Of a stretch of DNA of 64,000 nucleotides, positions 19,545 to 28,242 are shown in pieces. Each line of letters starts with the position of its first letter. Position 1 is the first letter of the stretch. The stretch is from positions 37,094 through 101,093 of the forward strand of contig JAJCZF010000083.1 in the NCBI GenBank assembly GCA_029262535.1, in the 5' to 3' direction. This stretch comes from Deltaproteobacteria bacterium. Its GTDB lineage: Bacteria > Desulfobacterota > GWC2-55-46 > JAJCZF01. The notes under the pieces were generated by a model. It did not search any database. It saw nothing but the letters and a program-made list of their open reading frames with translations, and was not told the origin of the DNA. The translations under genes and the position numbers were made by a program.

Positions 19545-19974
19545 AGGTTCCATAAAAAGAGCTCGATACTCGCTCGTATCGATAATAGCGTTCCTCTCTC
19601 TCTTTATTACCGCTGAGGCCGCCCTCTCGGCTGAGACCGGAAGACCCGCCGGCGACCCGGTAGCCGGAAAGCTGGTCTATGAAAAACATTGCCACTTCTG
19701 CCACGGCCGCACCGGGCGCGGAGACGGTCCGGTCGGAATCGCCGTCTCGCCCCACCCGGCAAACTTCGTCACAGATGCCAAAAGGATGAAAAAGAGCGAC
19801 AAAGAGCTCTTCGACTCCCTCTCGGACGGCATAGTAAAAGAGCTCGGCGGCGACGAAATGGCCATGCCCGCATGGAGGGGCATACTTACGCCTCAGGAGC
19901 GCTGGGACGTAATCTCTTACATTCGCCTTCTATCCTTGGAAGGCAAAGAAAAAGACCGCAAAAAGCTTCCATAA
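19531..19974 (+). CDS. Monohaem class I c-type cytochrome
   Basis: 147 aa with a signal peptide, CHFCH haem motif and distal MPAW Met. It overlaps the upstream gene by 14 nt. Confidence 0.8.
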   Translation: MKINRGSIKRARYSLVSIIAFLSLFITAEAALSAETGRPAGDPVAGKLVYEKHCHFCHGRTGRGDGPVGIAVSPHPANFVTDAKRMKKSDKELFDSLSDGIVKELGGDEMAMPAWRGILTPQERWDVISYIRLLSLEGKEKDRKKLP

Positions 19975-20000
19975 AATGAGTCTCCGAAAAAATGGCTTAA

Positions 20001-20040
20001 ATACCATATTTTGTTTGTCAAGTATTGACACTTATGGTAT
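20001..20040. promoter_or_regulatory. Nested palindrome / candidate operator overlapping promoter-like hexamers
   Basis: ATACCAT (20001-20007) pairs with ATGGTAT (20034-20040), enclosing TGTCAA-gta-TTGACA (20016-20030). It lies about 80 nt upstream of the haem-FGE gene. Confidence 0.35.
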
Positions 20041-20118
20041 TGTTTCTAATGAACTTTCCTATATAAATTATTTTTCCATTTTTATGTCTCGGAAGATTAA
20101 CGCTGAGAGAGGTGCATT

Positions 20119-21156
20119 ATGGGACAAAGACTTTTTATAAAAGCTAATTTACTGGCAATTATTCTCTTCCTGATTATCATTCTACCCGTCCCTTCATGGG
20201 CGGACATAGACGACTACGACGCCGTCACAGGCGAGCCGAAATGCATGAAATGCCACACTCCCGACAGGCGTTTTTCCATCGACTATAGCAGGGACGAAAC
20301 CTGCGCCGAATGTCACGGGCCAGCCCTAAGTGATGAATATCTAGAGATAAATTCACGCTTCCGTCAGGGCGAATCATTCTCCGGGACCCATCCCCCAATA
20401 GGGGCGCCAGGGCCCGTTATGGTGGCCGCTGCCACAAACGAAAAACTCAAACCCAAATCAAAGAGCACGGACGCGGCCCCGGACGGCATGGTTCTGGTCC
20501 CTGGTGGAGAGTATACCATGGGCTCCAACGACTGGTGGCCCAAGAGCCAGCCCGAACACCTGAGAACTCTAAACGACTTTTATATCGACAAGTACGAAGT
20601 AACAAACCTCCAGTACAAGGCCTTTGTCGAAGGGGCGGGTTACAAGAGACCCAAACACTGGAAGGGCGGTATTATACCCCAAGGCAAGGAGAGCCACCCG
20701 GTCGTCTTCGTAAACTGGTTCGACGCGGACAACTACTGTCGCTGGAAGGGGCTTCACCTGCCTAGCGAACCTGAATGGGAAAAGGCGACCCGTGGCACAG
20801 ACAAGCGCACCTTCCCCTGGGGTGATAAGTTTGATAAGGCTAAGGGCAATACCCCGCAGTACGGCAACGAAGACACGATGGAGGTCGGCTCCTTCCCGCA
20901 GGGTGTGAGCCCTTACGGAATCCACGACCTGGCCGGAAATGTATTCGAGTGGACATCGGACTGGTTCACGCCCTATCCGGGCAACAATCACCCGGACGAA
21001 AACTATGGCGAACGATACAAGGTAGTACGCGGAGGATCGTGGTACGACTGCACATATTATAAGTGCGGCATAAGCGCGCCGGCATACAACCGGATATTCT
21101 TCAACCCCTATACCAAGAATAATAACTTCGGCTTCAGGTGCGCCGGGAGCAAATAA
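20119..21156 (+). CDS. FGE/SUMF1-domain protein with N-terminal dihaem (2x CXXCH) region
   Basis: 345 aa with a signal anchor. CMKCH and CAECH motifs, then FGE-sulfatase-family motifs (MVLVPGGEYTMGS, YEVTN.QY, HPVV.V.W.DA..YC.W.G..LP.E.EWE.A.RG, RGGSW). Confidence 0.8.
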   Translation: MGQRLFIKANLLAIILFLIIILPVPSWADIDDYDAVTGEPKCMKCHTPDRRFSIDYSRDETCAECHGPALSDEYLEINSRFRQGESFSGTHPPIGAPGPVMVAAATNEKLKPKSKSTDAAPDGMVLVPGGEYTMGSNDWWPKSQPEHLRTLNDFYIDKYEVTNLQYKAFVEGAGYKRPKHWKGGIIPQGKESHPVVFVNWFDADNYCRWKGLHLPSEPEWEKATRGTDKRTFPWGDKFDKAKGNTPQYGNEDTMEVGSFPQGVSPYGIHDLAGNVFEWTSDWFTPYPGNNHPDENYGERYKVVRGGSWYDCTYYKCGISAPAYNRIFFNPYTKNNNFGFRCAGSK

Positions 21157-21158
21157 CC

Positions 21159-22748
21159 ATGGGTAGTGCCGGAGATTCACGCAGCTCTCTACAATCTTAT
21201 TTGGTCTTTACAGTCTTTATCACCGGCGGCGTCATCATGGTGGTCGAGCTTCTAGGCTCGCGCGTAATCGGGCCGTCCTTCGGCGTTAGCCTCTTCGTAT
21301 GGACTTCGCTCATCACTGTTACCCTCATCTCGCTATCGTTAGGTTACTGGCTCGGCGGACGACTTGCCGATATTAAAAATACTCCCGGAACCCTTTACGC
21401 CATTATCCTCGGGGCCGGCCTCTACCTGGTACTAATCCCCTACATCAAAGGGTTTGTGCTGGCCTGGGCCATCGGACTCGGCATACGCACGGGCGCGCTT
21501 GTTAGTTCTATAATTCTATTTGGCCCCCCCCTCTACCTTTTGGGAATGGTAACGCCCTTTATCGTAAAGCTCAAGCTTACCGGAGATGTAGGCGTAGGGG
21601 CTACGGTTGGCAGGTTGTACGCAATCAGCACGGCAGGAAGCGTAATTGGAACGATCATCACCGGTTTTATACTGATACCTGCTTTAGGAGTTGATAAGAT
21701 TATATTTATCTCCTCCCTGGCGCTCATAATACTTACCGCTATTTACTGGATTATCTCGCGAACAAGAAGTATCGCCTTTGCTTCTATTGTCTTTTTGCCC
21801 GTTATACTCATGTCCACCGAAAGAGACGACATGAAGCCGATCGTCAGAGAGGACGGAACAAAGGTAACGATGGTCTCAAACCAGGAGAGTGTCTACGGGC
21901 AGGTTAAGGTCGTTGATTATACCTATGAAGGCATACACCTTCGTGAACTGCTTCTGGACAATATCATACAGGGCGGCGTGGACCTCAACAAGGGACTCTC
22001 GCTATTTAAATACCAGTACTACCTCGAACGCCTCGCGCATGCATATAACAAAGACGCGAAGAAGGCCCTTGTAATAGGGCTCGGTCCGGGCATAGTCCCG
22101 GCCAGACTATCCAAGTACTATGGCATGACGACCGACGTGGTCGAGATAGACCCGGTTGTGCTGGAAACGGCAAAAAACTACTTCAACTACGATCCGGGCC
22201 TTGGCAAGGTCTACCTGGAGGACGGGCGCTACTACCTGAGAAGGACCCCGACGACCTACGACGTAATGGTGCTAGACGCCTTCTCCGGCGACATAGCGCC
22301 GAGCCACCTTATGAGCATGGAGGCCTTTGAACTGATGGAAGGAAAACTCTCCGAGGACGGCGTGCTTCTGATAAACTTCCTTGGCAGTTTTGAAGAGACG
22401 AGCGCATTTGTGCTCTACTCCCTTAACAGGACGCTCAAAAACACCTTTGCTCATGTTGACGTCTACACATACGAAGGGCACAACAAGAAGAACACTAACC
22501 CGGCAAACTTTATCTTTGTAGCATATAACAAAGAGAGGTCGCTTGAACGCTCAATCGTAAAGGCTCCCGTTCACCCCCCGGTAAGCAAGGACGTAGACGG
22601 CTTGCTCGACAGGAAGATGAACTTTACACAGGAGACAATGCTCCTGACCGACGACTACAACCCGATAGACTATTACGACGTTCTCTTCAGGGAGAAGTTC
22701 AGACTCGATACCATACGGTCGACCGATAGGGCGATCATAATAAACTAA
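21159..22748 (+). CDS. Membrane-fused spermidine-synthase-like (SAM-dependent aminopropyl/methyl-transferase fold) protein
   Basis: ATG 21159 lies 2 nt after the upstream stop, with a GGGAG RBS. About 7 N-terminal TM helices, then ALVIGLGPGIVP (GxGxG) and DVMVLDAFSGD motifs of the spermidine synthase family. Confidence 0.75.
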   Translation: MGSAGDSRSSLQSYLVFTVFITGGVIMVVELLGSRVIGPSFGVSLFVWTSLITVTLISLSLGYWLGGRLADIKNTPGTLYAIILGAGLYLVLIPYIKGFVLAWAIGLGIRTGALVSSIILFGPPLYLLGMVTPFIVKLKLTGDVGVGATVGRLYAISTAGSVIGTIITGFILIPALGVDKIIFISSLALIILTAIYWIISRTRSIAFASIVFLPVILMSTERDDMKPIVREDGTKVTMVSNQESVYGQVKVVDYTYEGIHLRELLLDNIIQGGVDLNKGLSLFKYQYYLERLAHAYNKDAKKALVIGLGPGIVPARLSKYYGMTTDVVEIDPVVLETAKNYFNYDPGLGKVYLEDGRYYLRRTPTTYDVMVLDAFSGDIAPSHLMSMEAFELMEGKLSEDGVLLINFLGSFEETSAFVLYSLNRTLKNTFAHVDVYTYEGHNKKNTNPANFIFVAYNKERSLERSIVKAPVHPPVSKDVDGLLDRKMNFTQETMLLTDDYNPIDYYDVLFREKFRLDTIRSTDRAIIIN

Positions 22749-22786
22749 AGCACCGAATACATATTTTACGGAGGTCCTAAAGAGCT

Positions 22787-23599
22787 ATGATTGGTTTAAA
22801 CTTAAAAGAAAAAAAGATGCCGGCTATAATACTGGCCGCATTCATAACACTCTCCCTGTCGTCTTGCTCAAGCTCGCCGCCCGAGGGCACGGTAAAGGTC
22901 CCTGCCGGTGAGTTCACAATGGGTTCTAACGAGATGGACACGGAAGGCAAGGCCATCCAGTACGGAGCCAACATGCCGTGGTTCTTAAACGAGCACCCCG
23001 CTCACAAGGTCACGGTAGAAGAGTTCTATATCAGCAAGACCGAGATCACAAATAAAGAGTACGCTAAATTCATAAAGAAGACAGGACAGAGCGCGCCCGC
23101 ACACTGGGAGGGAGGCTCCTATGAAGAGGAACTAGCCGACCACCCCGTGGTATATGTCTCATGGTTCGATGCCAAGGCTTACTGTGAAGACGCGGGAGCG
23201 GGCCTTCCTACGGAAGCCCAGTGGGAAAAGGCAGCCAGGGGGACAGACGGACGAAAGTTTCCATGGGGCAATGAATTCGACGATAAGAAACTAAATACAT
23301 TCGGCGATTTCGGTTCGACGACACCGGTCGGTAAGTTCCCTGCCGGAGCGAGCCCTTACGGCGCGCTCGACATGTCAGGCAACGCTCAGGAATGGGTTCA
23401 GGATTCATATAAGGCTTATCCCGGCAACGACTATAAAGATAAAAACTTCGGGGACAGGTCGAAGGTCGTTCGCGGCGGCGGCTGGGGCGGACTGGGCCAC
23501 TATGCATCGCAAGTATATGTACGCACTGCAAACAGGGTTTCGTCACCCCCTGGCGGCAAGTACGACGATGTCGGTTTCAGGTGTGTCTGGAAGCCTTGA
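22787..23599 (+). CDS. FGE/SUMF1-domain lipoprotein
   Basis: 270 aa. Lipobox LSLSSC. Same FGE-family motif set as 20119-21156 (VKVPAGEFTMGS, HPVVYVSWFDAKAYC, RGGGW). Confidence 0.8.
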   Translation: MIGLNLKEKKMPAIILAAFITLSLSSCSSSPPEGTVKVPAGEFTMGSNEMDTEGKAIQYGANMPWFLNEHPAHKVTVEEFYISKTEITNKEYAKFIKKTGQSAPAHWEGGSYEEELADHPVVYVSWFDAKAYCEDAGAGLPTEAQWEKAARGTDGRKFPWGNEFDDKKLNTFGDFGSTTPVGKFPAGASPYGALDMSGNAQEWVQDSYKAYPGNDYKDKNFGDRSKVVRGGGWGGLGHYASQVYVRTANRVSSPPGGKYDDVGFRCVWKP

Positions 23600-23639
23600 C
23601 ACTAGATTGGGTTAACTGAGAAGGAAAATCTTTTTTTGT

Positions 23640-25673
23640 ATGTATAAGGCGAAGACGAATAATAAAATCAAGAGTCCATTGTCCGCAATAGAACTCTTAG
23701 AAAGCAGGGTTGCGTCTATAACGGCGTTATGGGCCGTCTTGGTTCCGGCCATCCTCTTGCTCTCTACCCTCGCCCTGACATCGCAGGTAAATGCCGCGCT
23801 TCCCCCTATCGACTCAAGAGACGTATATATTCACAAAAGACTCTACCTGCGGCTTGATTATGAGACTGAAAATATAAAGAACACGTACGAGAATAATAAT
23901 GATACCAATTCCTACACCTCGACCAACTTCACACAGACATACGATTTTAACTTTTCAGGCAACGCATGGGACCCGCGGTTTATTGTATACGATGCAAAAA
24001 TTATATATAGAAACCGCAATTTCTCATACGACAATAATGATAGTGCCAATAATAGCTGGTTCTACTCCTTCAGGACGGTCTTGCTCAGGAAGTTCAGATA
24101 CCCGCTAACACTGCTTGTGGAAAAGTCTATCGACAAAAACGAAAGTTCCACAAAGTCTACCGAGTATATAAGAAACCGGTACATGTTACGCTGGTTTCTT
24201 CGTTTCAGGACCCTGCCTGTCACCAAAATCACCATTCAGAGGGTCACAAATATATATGGCCCAAATACCGTTACAAGTATGACATACGACTTATATATGA
24301 CAAAAGACTACGGACCCACAAAAAATAGTTTTTCCCTGTCGCATTCCACTGGAGAATCTAACAAGGCTACGACTGTTTCATTCACAAATGTGACTAAGAT
24401 TTCACATAGAACCTCGTTCTCCATGAATGCGGTAAAATCATATAGCTTTAGAGGCTCAGAGAAAGATCATGATGGTACAGGTCTTTCTCTGGACCTGAAT
24501 TCTAAACCCAGCAGATTTTTCGGTCAATCCCATTATTACAGTTTTTATAGAGCCGTTGATGAGTACGGTACTACTACAGGCAATAACTATAGCGGTTCCC
24601 TCTCTTATACACCGTCCGAGAGGTACACTCTATCCACTACACTGAACTATTTCGAGGACAGCACACGCTCATCCACAAACAACTCAGAAGACGAGAGGCT
24701 TTCATCAGGCACTTTCTTTAATTATACCATCTCGGAGGATCTGGTTTTTTTCCAAAACATCAACCTAAGCACCTCACAGTCAAGACAACTTCAATCTGCC
24801 AGCAATGAAAACAAGTTTACTTCTTTTAATACAGACAGCGGACTGAACTATCGAAAACGACTTGGTTGGGCAAGCTTTAGCTCTTCATACGGTATGGGCT
24901 ACTTTTTCACAAAGTCCTCTCCCAGCGAACTTACATACTCAGGAATAAGTAACAGACTTAACCTCTCTCTCGGAGGGATAAACGCAAGGCTTTTTAATAT
25001 TTCCACCGGGCTTGGGATGAGTCGCCAGGACAGCCTCTCCATTGCCGGATGGAGCCAAAACGTCAACGCTAATATAAGCGCCAATAGCCGCTTTCTCAGA
25101 AAATATCTTTCTCTTGGCACTGGCTACTCTACTTCAAGAACTTGGGATTTCAACCCGGCACGGGACAGTCATAGCCAAGGCTACAGCATCATATTGTCAA
25201 CAAATATCATTAAAAGAGGCACTCTTTCATCATCATATAAACGGATCGATTCGTGGGACTTTATCAGTGGTGACAAGCGCAGTGAAAACTTTGCTGTCAC
25301 TGCCAGCTACAATGCAGTAATACTACAAGGAAAACTCACTCTACGTGCCAGAATGCGAAACACTAAACACACATTCAAAGGCGGTAATACAGACTACCTT
25401 AATTACAATATAAACGCCAAGTACAGGCGCCCTCTTCCTCTCGGCCTGAAGTGGACTACCACAGCCGCATATGGTAAAGGAGAAGACCTCGTTAACTCAT
25501 ACTCAAACAGCAACGCCACGTTAACCAATAATCTTTACTACCAGCTTCGCGCATGGGGCCTCACCGCCGAACACCGCTATCGCTTACAGACGCTCACCAA
25601 CGGGATAACACAGAGCGAAAGCAGGATAATGTTTAAGGCCACACGCACCATCTTTCGTCAATTCTACCGATAA
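23640..25673 (+). CDS. Putative outer-membrane beta-barrel protein (N/S/T/Y-rich, unknown family)
   Basis: 677 aa with an N-terminal signal-like segment ending QVNA. It has pervasive alternating hydrophobic/polar short strands rich in Y, S, T, N. The gene is visibly more AT-rich than its neighbours. Confidence 0.5.
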   Translation: MYKAKTNNKIKSPLSAIELLESRVASITALWAVLVPAILLLSTLALTSQVNAALPPIDSRDVYIHKRLYLRLDYETENIKNTYENNNDTNSYTSTNFTQTYDFNFSGNAWDPRFIVYDAKIIYRNRNFSYDNNDSANNSWFYSFRTVLLRKFRYPLTLLVEKSIDKNESSTKSTEYIRNRYMLRWFLRFRTLPVTKITIQRVTNIYGPNTVTSMTYDLYMTKDYGPTKNSFSLSHSTGESNKATTVSFTNVTKISHRTSFSMNAVKSYSFRGSEKDHDGTGLSLDLNSKPSRFFGQSHYYSFYRAVDEYGTTTGNNYSGSLSYTPSERYTLSTTLNYFEDSTRSSTNNSEDERLSSGTFFNYTISEDLVFFQNINLSTSQSRQLQSASNENKFTSFNTDSGLNYRKRLGWASFSSSYGMGYFFTKSSPSELTYSGISNRLNLSLGGINARLFNISTGLGMSRQDSLSIAGWSQNVNANISANSRFLRKYLSLGTGYSTSRTWDFNPARDSHSQGYSIILSTNIIKRGTLSSSYKRIDSWDFISGDKRSENFAVTASYNAVILQGKLTLRARMRNTKHTFKGGNTDYLNYNINAKYRRPLPLGLKWTTTAAYGKGEDLVNSYSNSNATLTNNLYYQLRAWGLTAEHRYRLQTLTNGITQSESRIMFKATRTIFRQFYR

Positions 25674-25727
25674 GCACAGCTGACCATCGGCTTAAAAGGC
25701 CGTATAACCTACCCCCCCCCTTTTCCC

Positions 25728-27920
25728 CTAACGTATTTCGAGGCTTTGCAACAGATTTTTTGCGTCAGGATAACCGGGCAATATGACAAGAGCCTTATTC
25801 AGTTCACTTGCGGCGGCGGACCTGTCGCCTGCCTCTATATATACAAGCGCCAGATTATAATGCGTTTCAGCAATCATCGGGTCTGCGGCAATAGCGCTTA
25901 AGTATGCGGATATCGCTTCTTCGACCCTTCCGGTGGAGTGATATAACCATGCAAGATTAAAACTGTAATCGTGATTTTCCGGGGCGATCCTTGCAGCCTC
26001 GGCAAAGTGGCTTATAGCGCCTTCAACGTCACCGTTCTCATTATAGATCAAGGCCAACTTAGAGTGCGCAGGGGCATGGCCGGGGAAAGAGATTAAGAGC
26101 TTTTTATATTGAGCGATTGCCCTGGCGGTCTCGCCCGAGACCGCCAGAACCTGAGCAAGCGCGAAGCTGGCTTCGACATGATCCGGGTCGATACGAAGCG
26201 CCTCTTCAAAACCGGATATGGCCCGCCCGTAGTGCTTTAATTCAAAACTTAAAGAAGCGAGATTATAGGTTATCTCTAAACTACCGGGTTTTAATCTGAC
26301 TGCCTCGGCAAGGTGTATGGAGGCCTTTTGAAGCTCACCGCTCTGCATGTAGATATTGGCCAGGTTGTTATGGGCCTCTGCCTTCTCCGGATTGAAAGAT
26401 AGCGCCGCCATGTAATTCTCCATTGCCGCCCTTCTATCTCCGCCTATATAATATGCCCTGCCTAGATTAACATAAGCGGAGCTGTAGTTGGTTTTCAAGC
26501 TCAGGGCCTCTTTATAATGATCTATCGCCGCGTTGATATTTGCTTCCGCCTCATAGGCCAGGCCAAGATTATTATGGGCCTCGGCAAGGGCCGGCGACTT
26601 ACGAGCCGTATCACTCCATAGGGCAAGCTCGGAGCTCCATATCTCGTTCCTTTTATAAGAAGATAGAGCCAACACAATAAGCACAGAGAAGAAAACGACC
26701 CATGCGAGACGCACTCTCTTCTCATTGCCAAGATAGACCACAAGCGCGCTAAAGGCGGCCCCGACCGCTATAAACGGGCCGACACTCGGCAGGTATAACC
26801 TGTGCTCGAATATCACATGCTTTATCGGTATGACCGAACTCTCCACCCCAAGGGTCACAAAGAACCAGAAGACTCCAAAGGCGACAAGCTGACCGTATGG
26901 TCCGTATAGCTCACGACTCACCCTTGAACGTATGAAAAGATATAACGCGCTTGCGGCAATAGAGAGAAGAAAGACGAGAGAGAGTAGCGGCCCCGCCGCG
27001 GCAAGCGACTTATAGTGCGGATAGTCGTAGAGCAGGTTCTGTCCGGACGGCCATACCAGCAGCCTTAGGTAAGTCACAATCACGCGAAACTGAGTAAAGA
27101 GATACTCGGAACTAGAGAGCGTAAGCAGCTCGTCCATCTGCGCCTTCTTTACGACAAGGGCCGCGCCGCTTATACCGGCTCCGGCCCCACTACCCGCCAC
27201 CCCCGCTCCGCTTTCCGCCAATAGCGTAAGCGGTATTATCAGGAGAGATAATAGAAAAGGTATAACCCGGACCGCCGACCCTTTAAAACTTCCTTCGGCT
27301 CGAATAAAGGCGAACTCGATAAAGAGAATAAGTATTGGCAGGGTAAAGGCTATCTCCTTAGTCTTCTGTGCCAGTAGACAGCTTATAAGAGATAAAACGT
27401 AAAAAAACCACTCGCGGCCAGTGGACCGCGTAAGGCGAGCCTTCAAATATAGAACAATCGAGAGGAGGTAAAAGAAGGCCGCAAGGGAGGTAAAACGCTG
27501 CGTAATATAATTTACGGCCTGCGTCTCCACAGGGTGGGCTATAAAGAGCAACGCCACAACAAAGGCCGCGCCATGCCGGGTCCTCGTGGAGAGCTCTTGA
27601 TTTTCTGCAAAGAGCGAAGTCCTGAAAAGGAGCAACACTAGAGAGTATATAAGGGCTGCGTTTAAGAGATGAATCGTTAGGTTAGTAAGCTTAAAGGCTA
27701 AAGGGTCGTAACCAAAGGCAGCATAGTTGAGCGCAAAGCTCAAGAGGCCCAGGTACCTTGTGCCCGAGATATCAATAAAGTTAGAAAGATCCCTAATGGG
27801 CGGGTTATCCAATATATAGAGGGTGTCGTCAAAGACAAAGGGGCCTCCCGTGGCCCCGGCGTATATGGCGATACCGAGCCCGAAGAGGATGAGCAGGTGA
27901 ATATAGGAGGTTTTAGACAT
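25728..27920 (-). CDS. TMTC-like polytopic membrane protein with C-terminal TPR repeats (paralogue of 16308-18269)
   Basis: 730 aa. FVFDDTLYILDNPPIRDL motif, multiple TM helices, and at least 8 TPR units (AHNNLGLAY, AYVNLGRAY, AHNNLANIY, ...). Confidence 0.75.
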   Translation of the reverse strand: MSKTSYIHLLILFGLGIAIYAGATGGPFVFDDTLYILDNPPIRDLSNFIDISGTRYLGLLSFALNYAAFGYDPLAFKLTNLTIHLLNAALIYSLVLLLFRTSLFAENQELSTRTRHGAAFVVALLFIAHPVETQAVNYITQRFTSLAAFFYLLSIVLYLKARLTRSTGREWFFYVLSLISCLLAQKTKEIAFTLPILILFIEFAFIRAEGSFKGSAVRVIPFLLSLLIIPLTLLAESGAGVAGSGAGAGISGAALVVKKAQMDELLTLSSSEYLFTQFRVIVTYLRLLVWPSGQNLLYDYPHYKSLAAAGPLLSLVFLLSIAASALYLFIRSRVSRELYGPYGQLVAFGVFWFFVTLGVESSVIPIKHVIFEHRLYLPSVGPFIAVGAAFSALVVYLGNEKRVRLAWVVFFSVLIVLALSSYKRNEIWSSELALWSDTARKSPALAEAHNNLGLAYEAEANINAAIDHYKEALSLKTNYSSAYVNLGRAYYIGGDRRAAMENYMAALSFNPEKAEAHNNLANIYMQSGELQKASIHLAEAVRLKPGSLEITYNLASLSFELKHYGRAISGFEEALRIDPDHVEASFALAQVLAVSGETARAIAQYKKLLISFPGHAPAHSKLALIYNENGDVEGAISHFAEAARIAPENHDYSFNLAWLYHSTGRVEEAISAYLSAIAADPMIAETHYNLALVYIEAGDRSAAASELNKALVILPGYPDAKNLLQSLEIR

Positions 27921-28242
27921 TACGAGATAATTATGCCTCTTTATCGGCTTTGAAAAAACCTTTATAGCCGGTGAGTTTTCATAAGAAGCGCAGGGTCAAA
28001 AGGGCGCGCCGTATAAGACTAAAATTTATCATAAAATTCCAAACCTGTCTGCATTCAATATGTGTTAGAGGCGTAAGTTACAGCTGTAGCTCACGGCTAC
28101 AGACGAAAAAAGGCGGCCTTGCTCACGCCATTCACACTATAGAATCTTTTAGATCATCCACTGAGAGCAAGAAGCAGAGATTTAGGCGATTTTAAGAAAG
28201 CATCTTCTTGATTTATAATGCATTTTACTATAAGCTTATAAG

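Noticed and set aside
27941-27948. Perfect sigma-28 -10 box GCCGATAA (minus strand) 20 nt upstream of the TMTC-like gene start
   Set aside because: The only TAAA upstream is 12 nt away instead of 15, so -35 spacing is off by 3. An exact 8-mer is expected about twice by chance in 128 kb of two-strand sequence.
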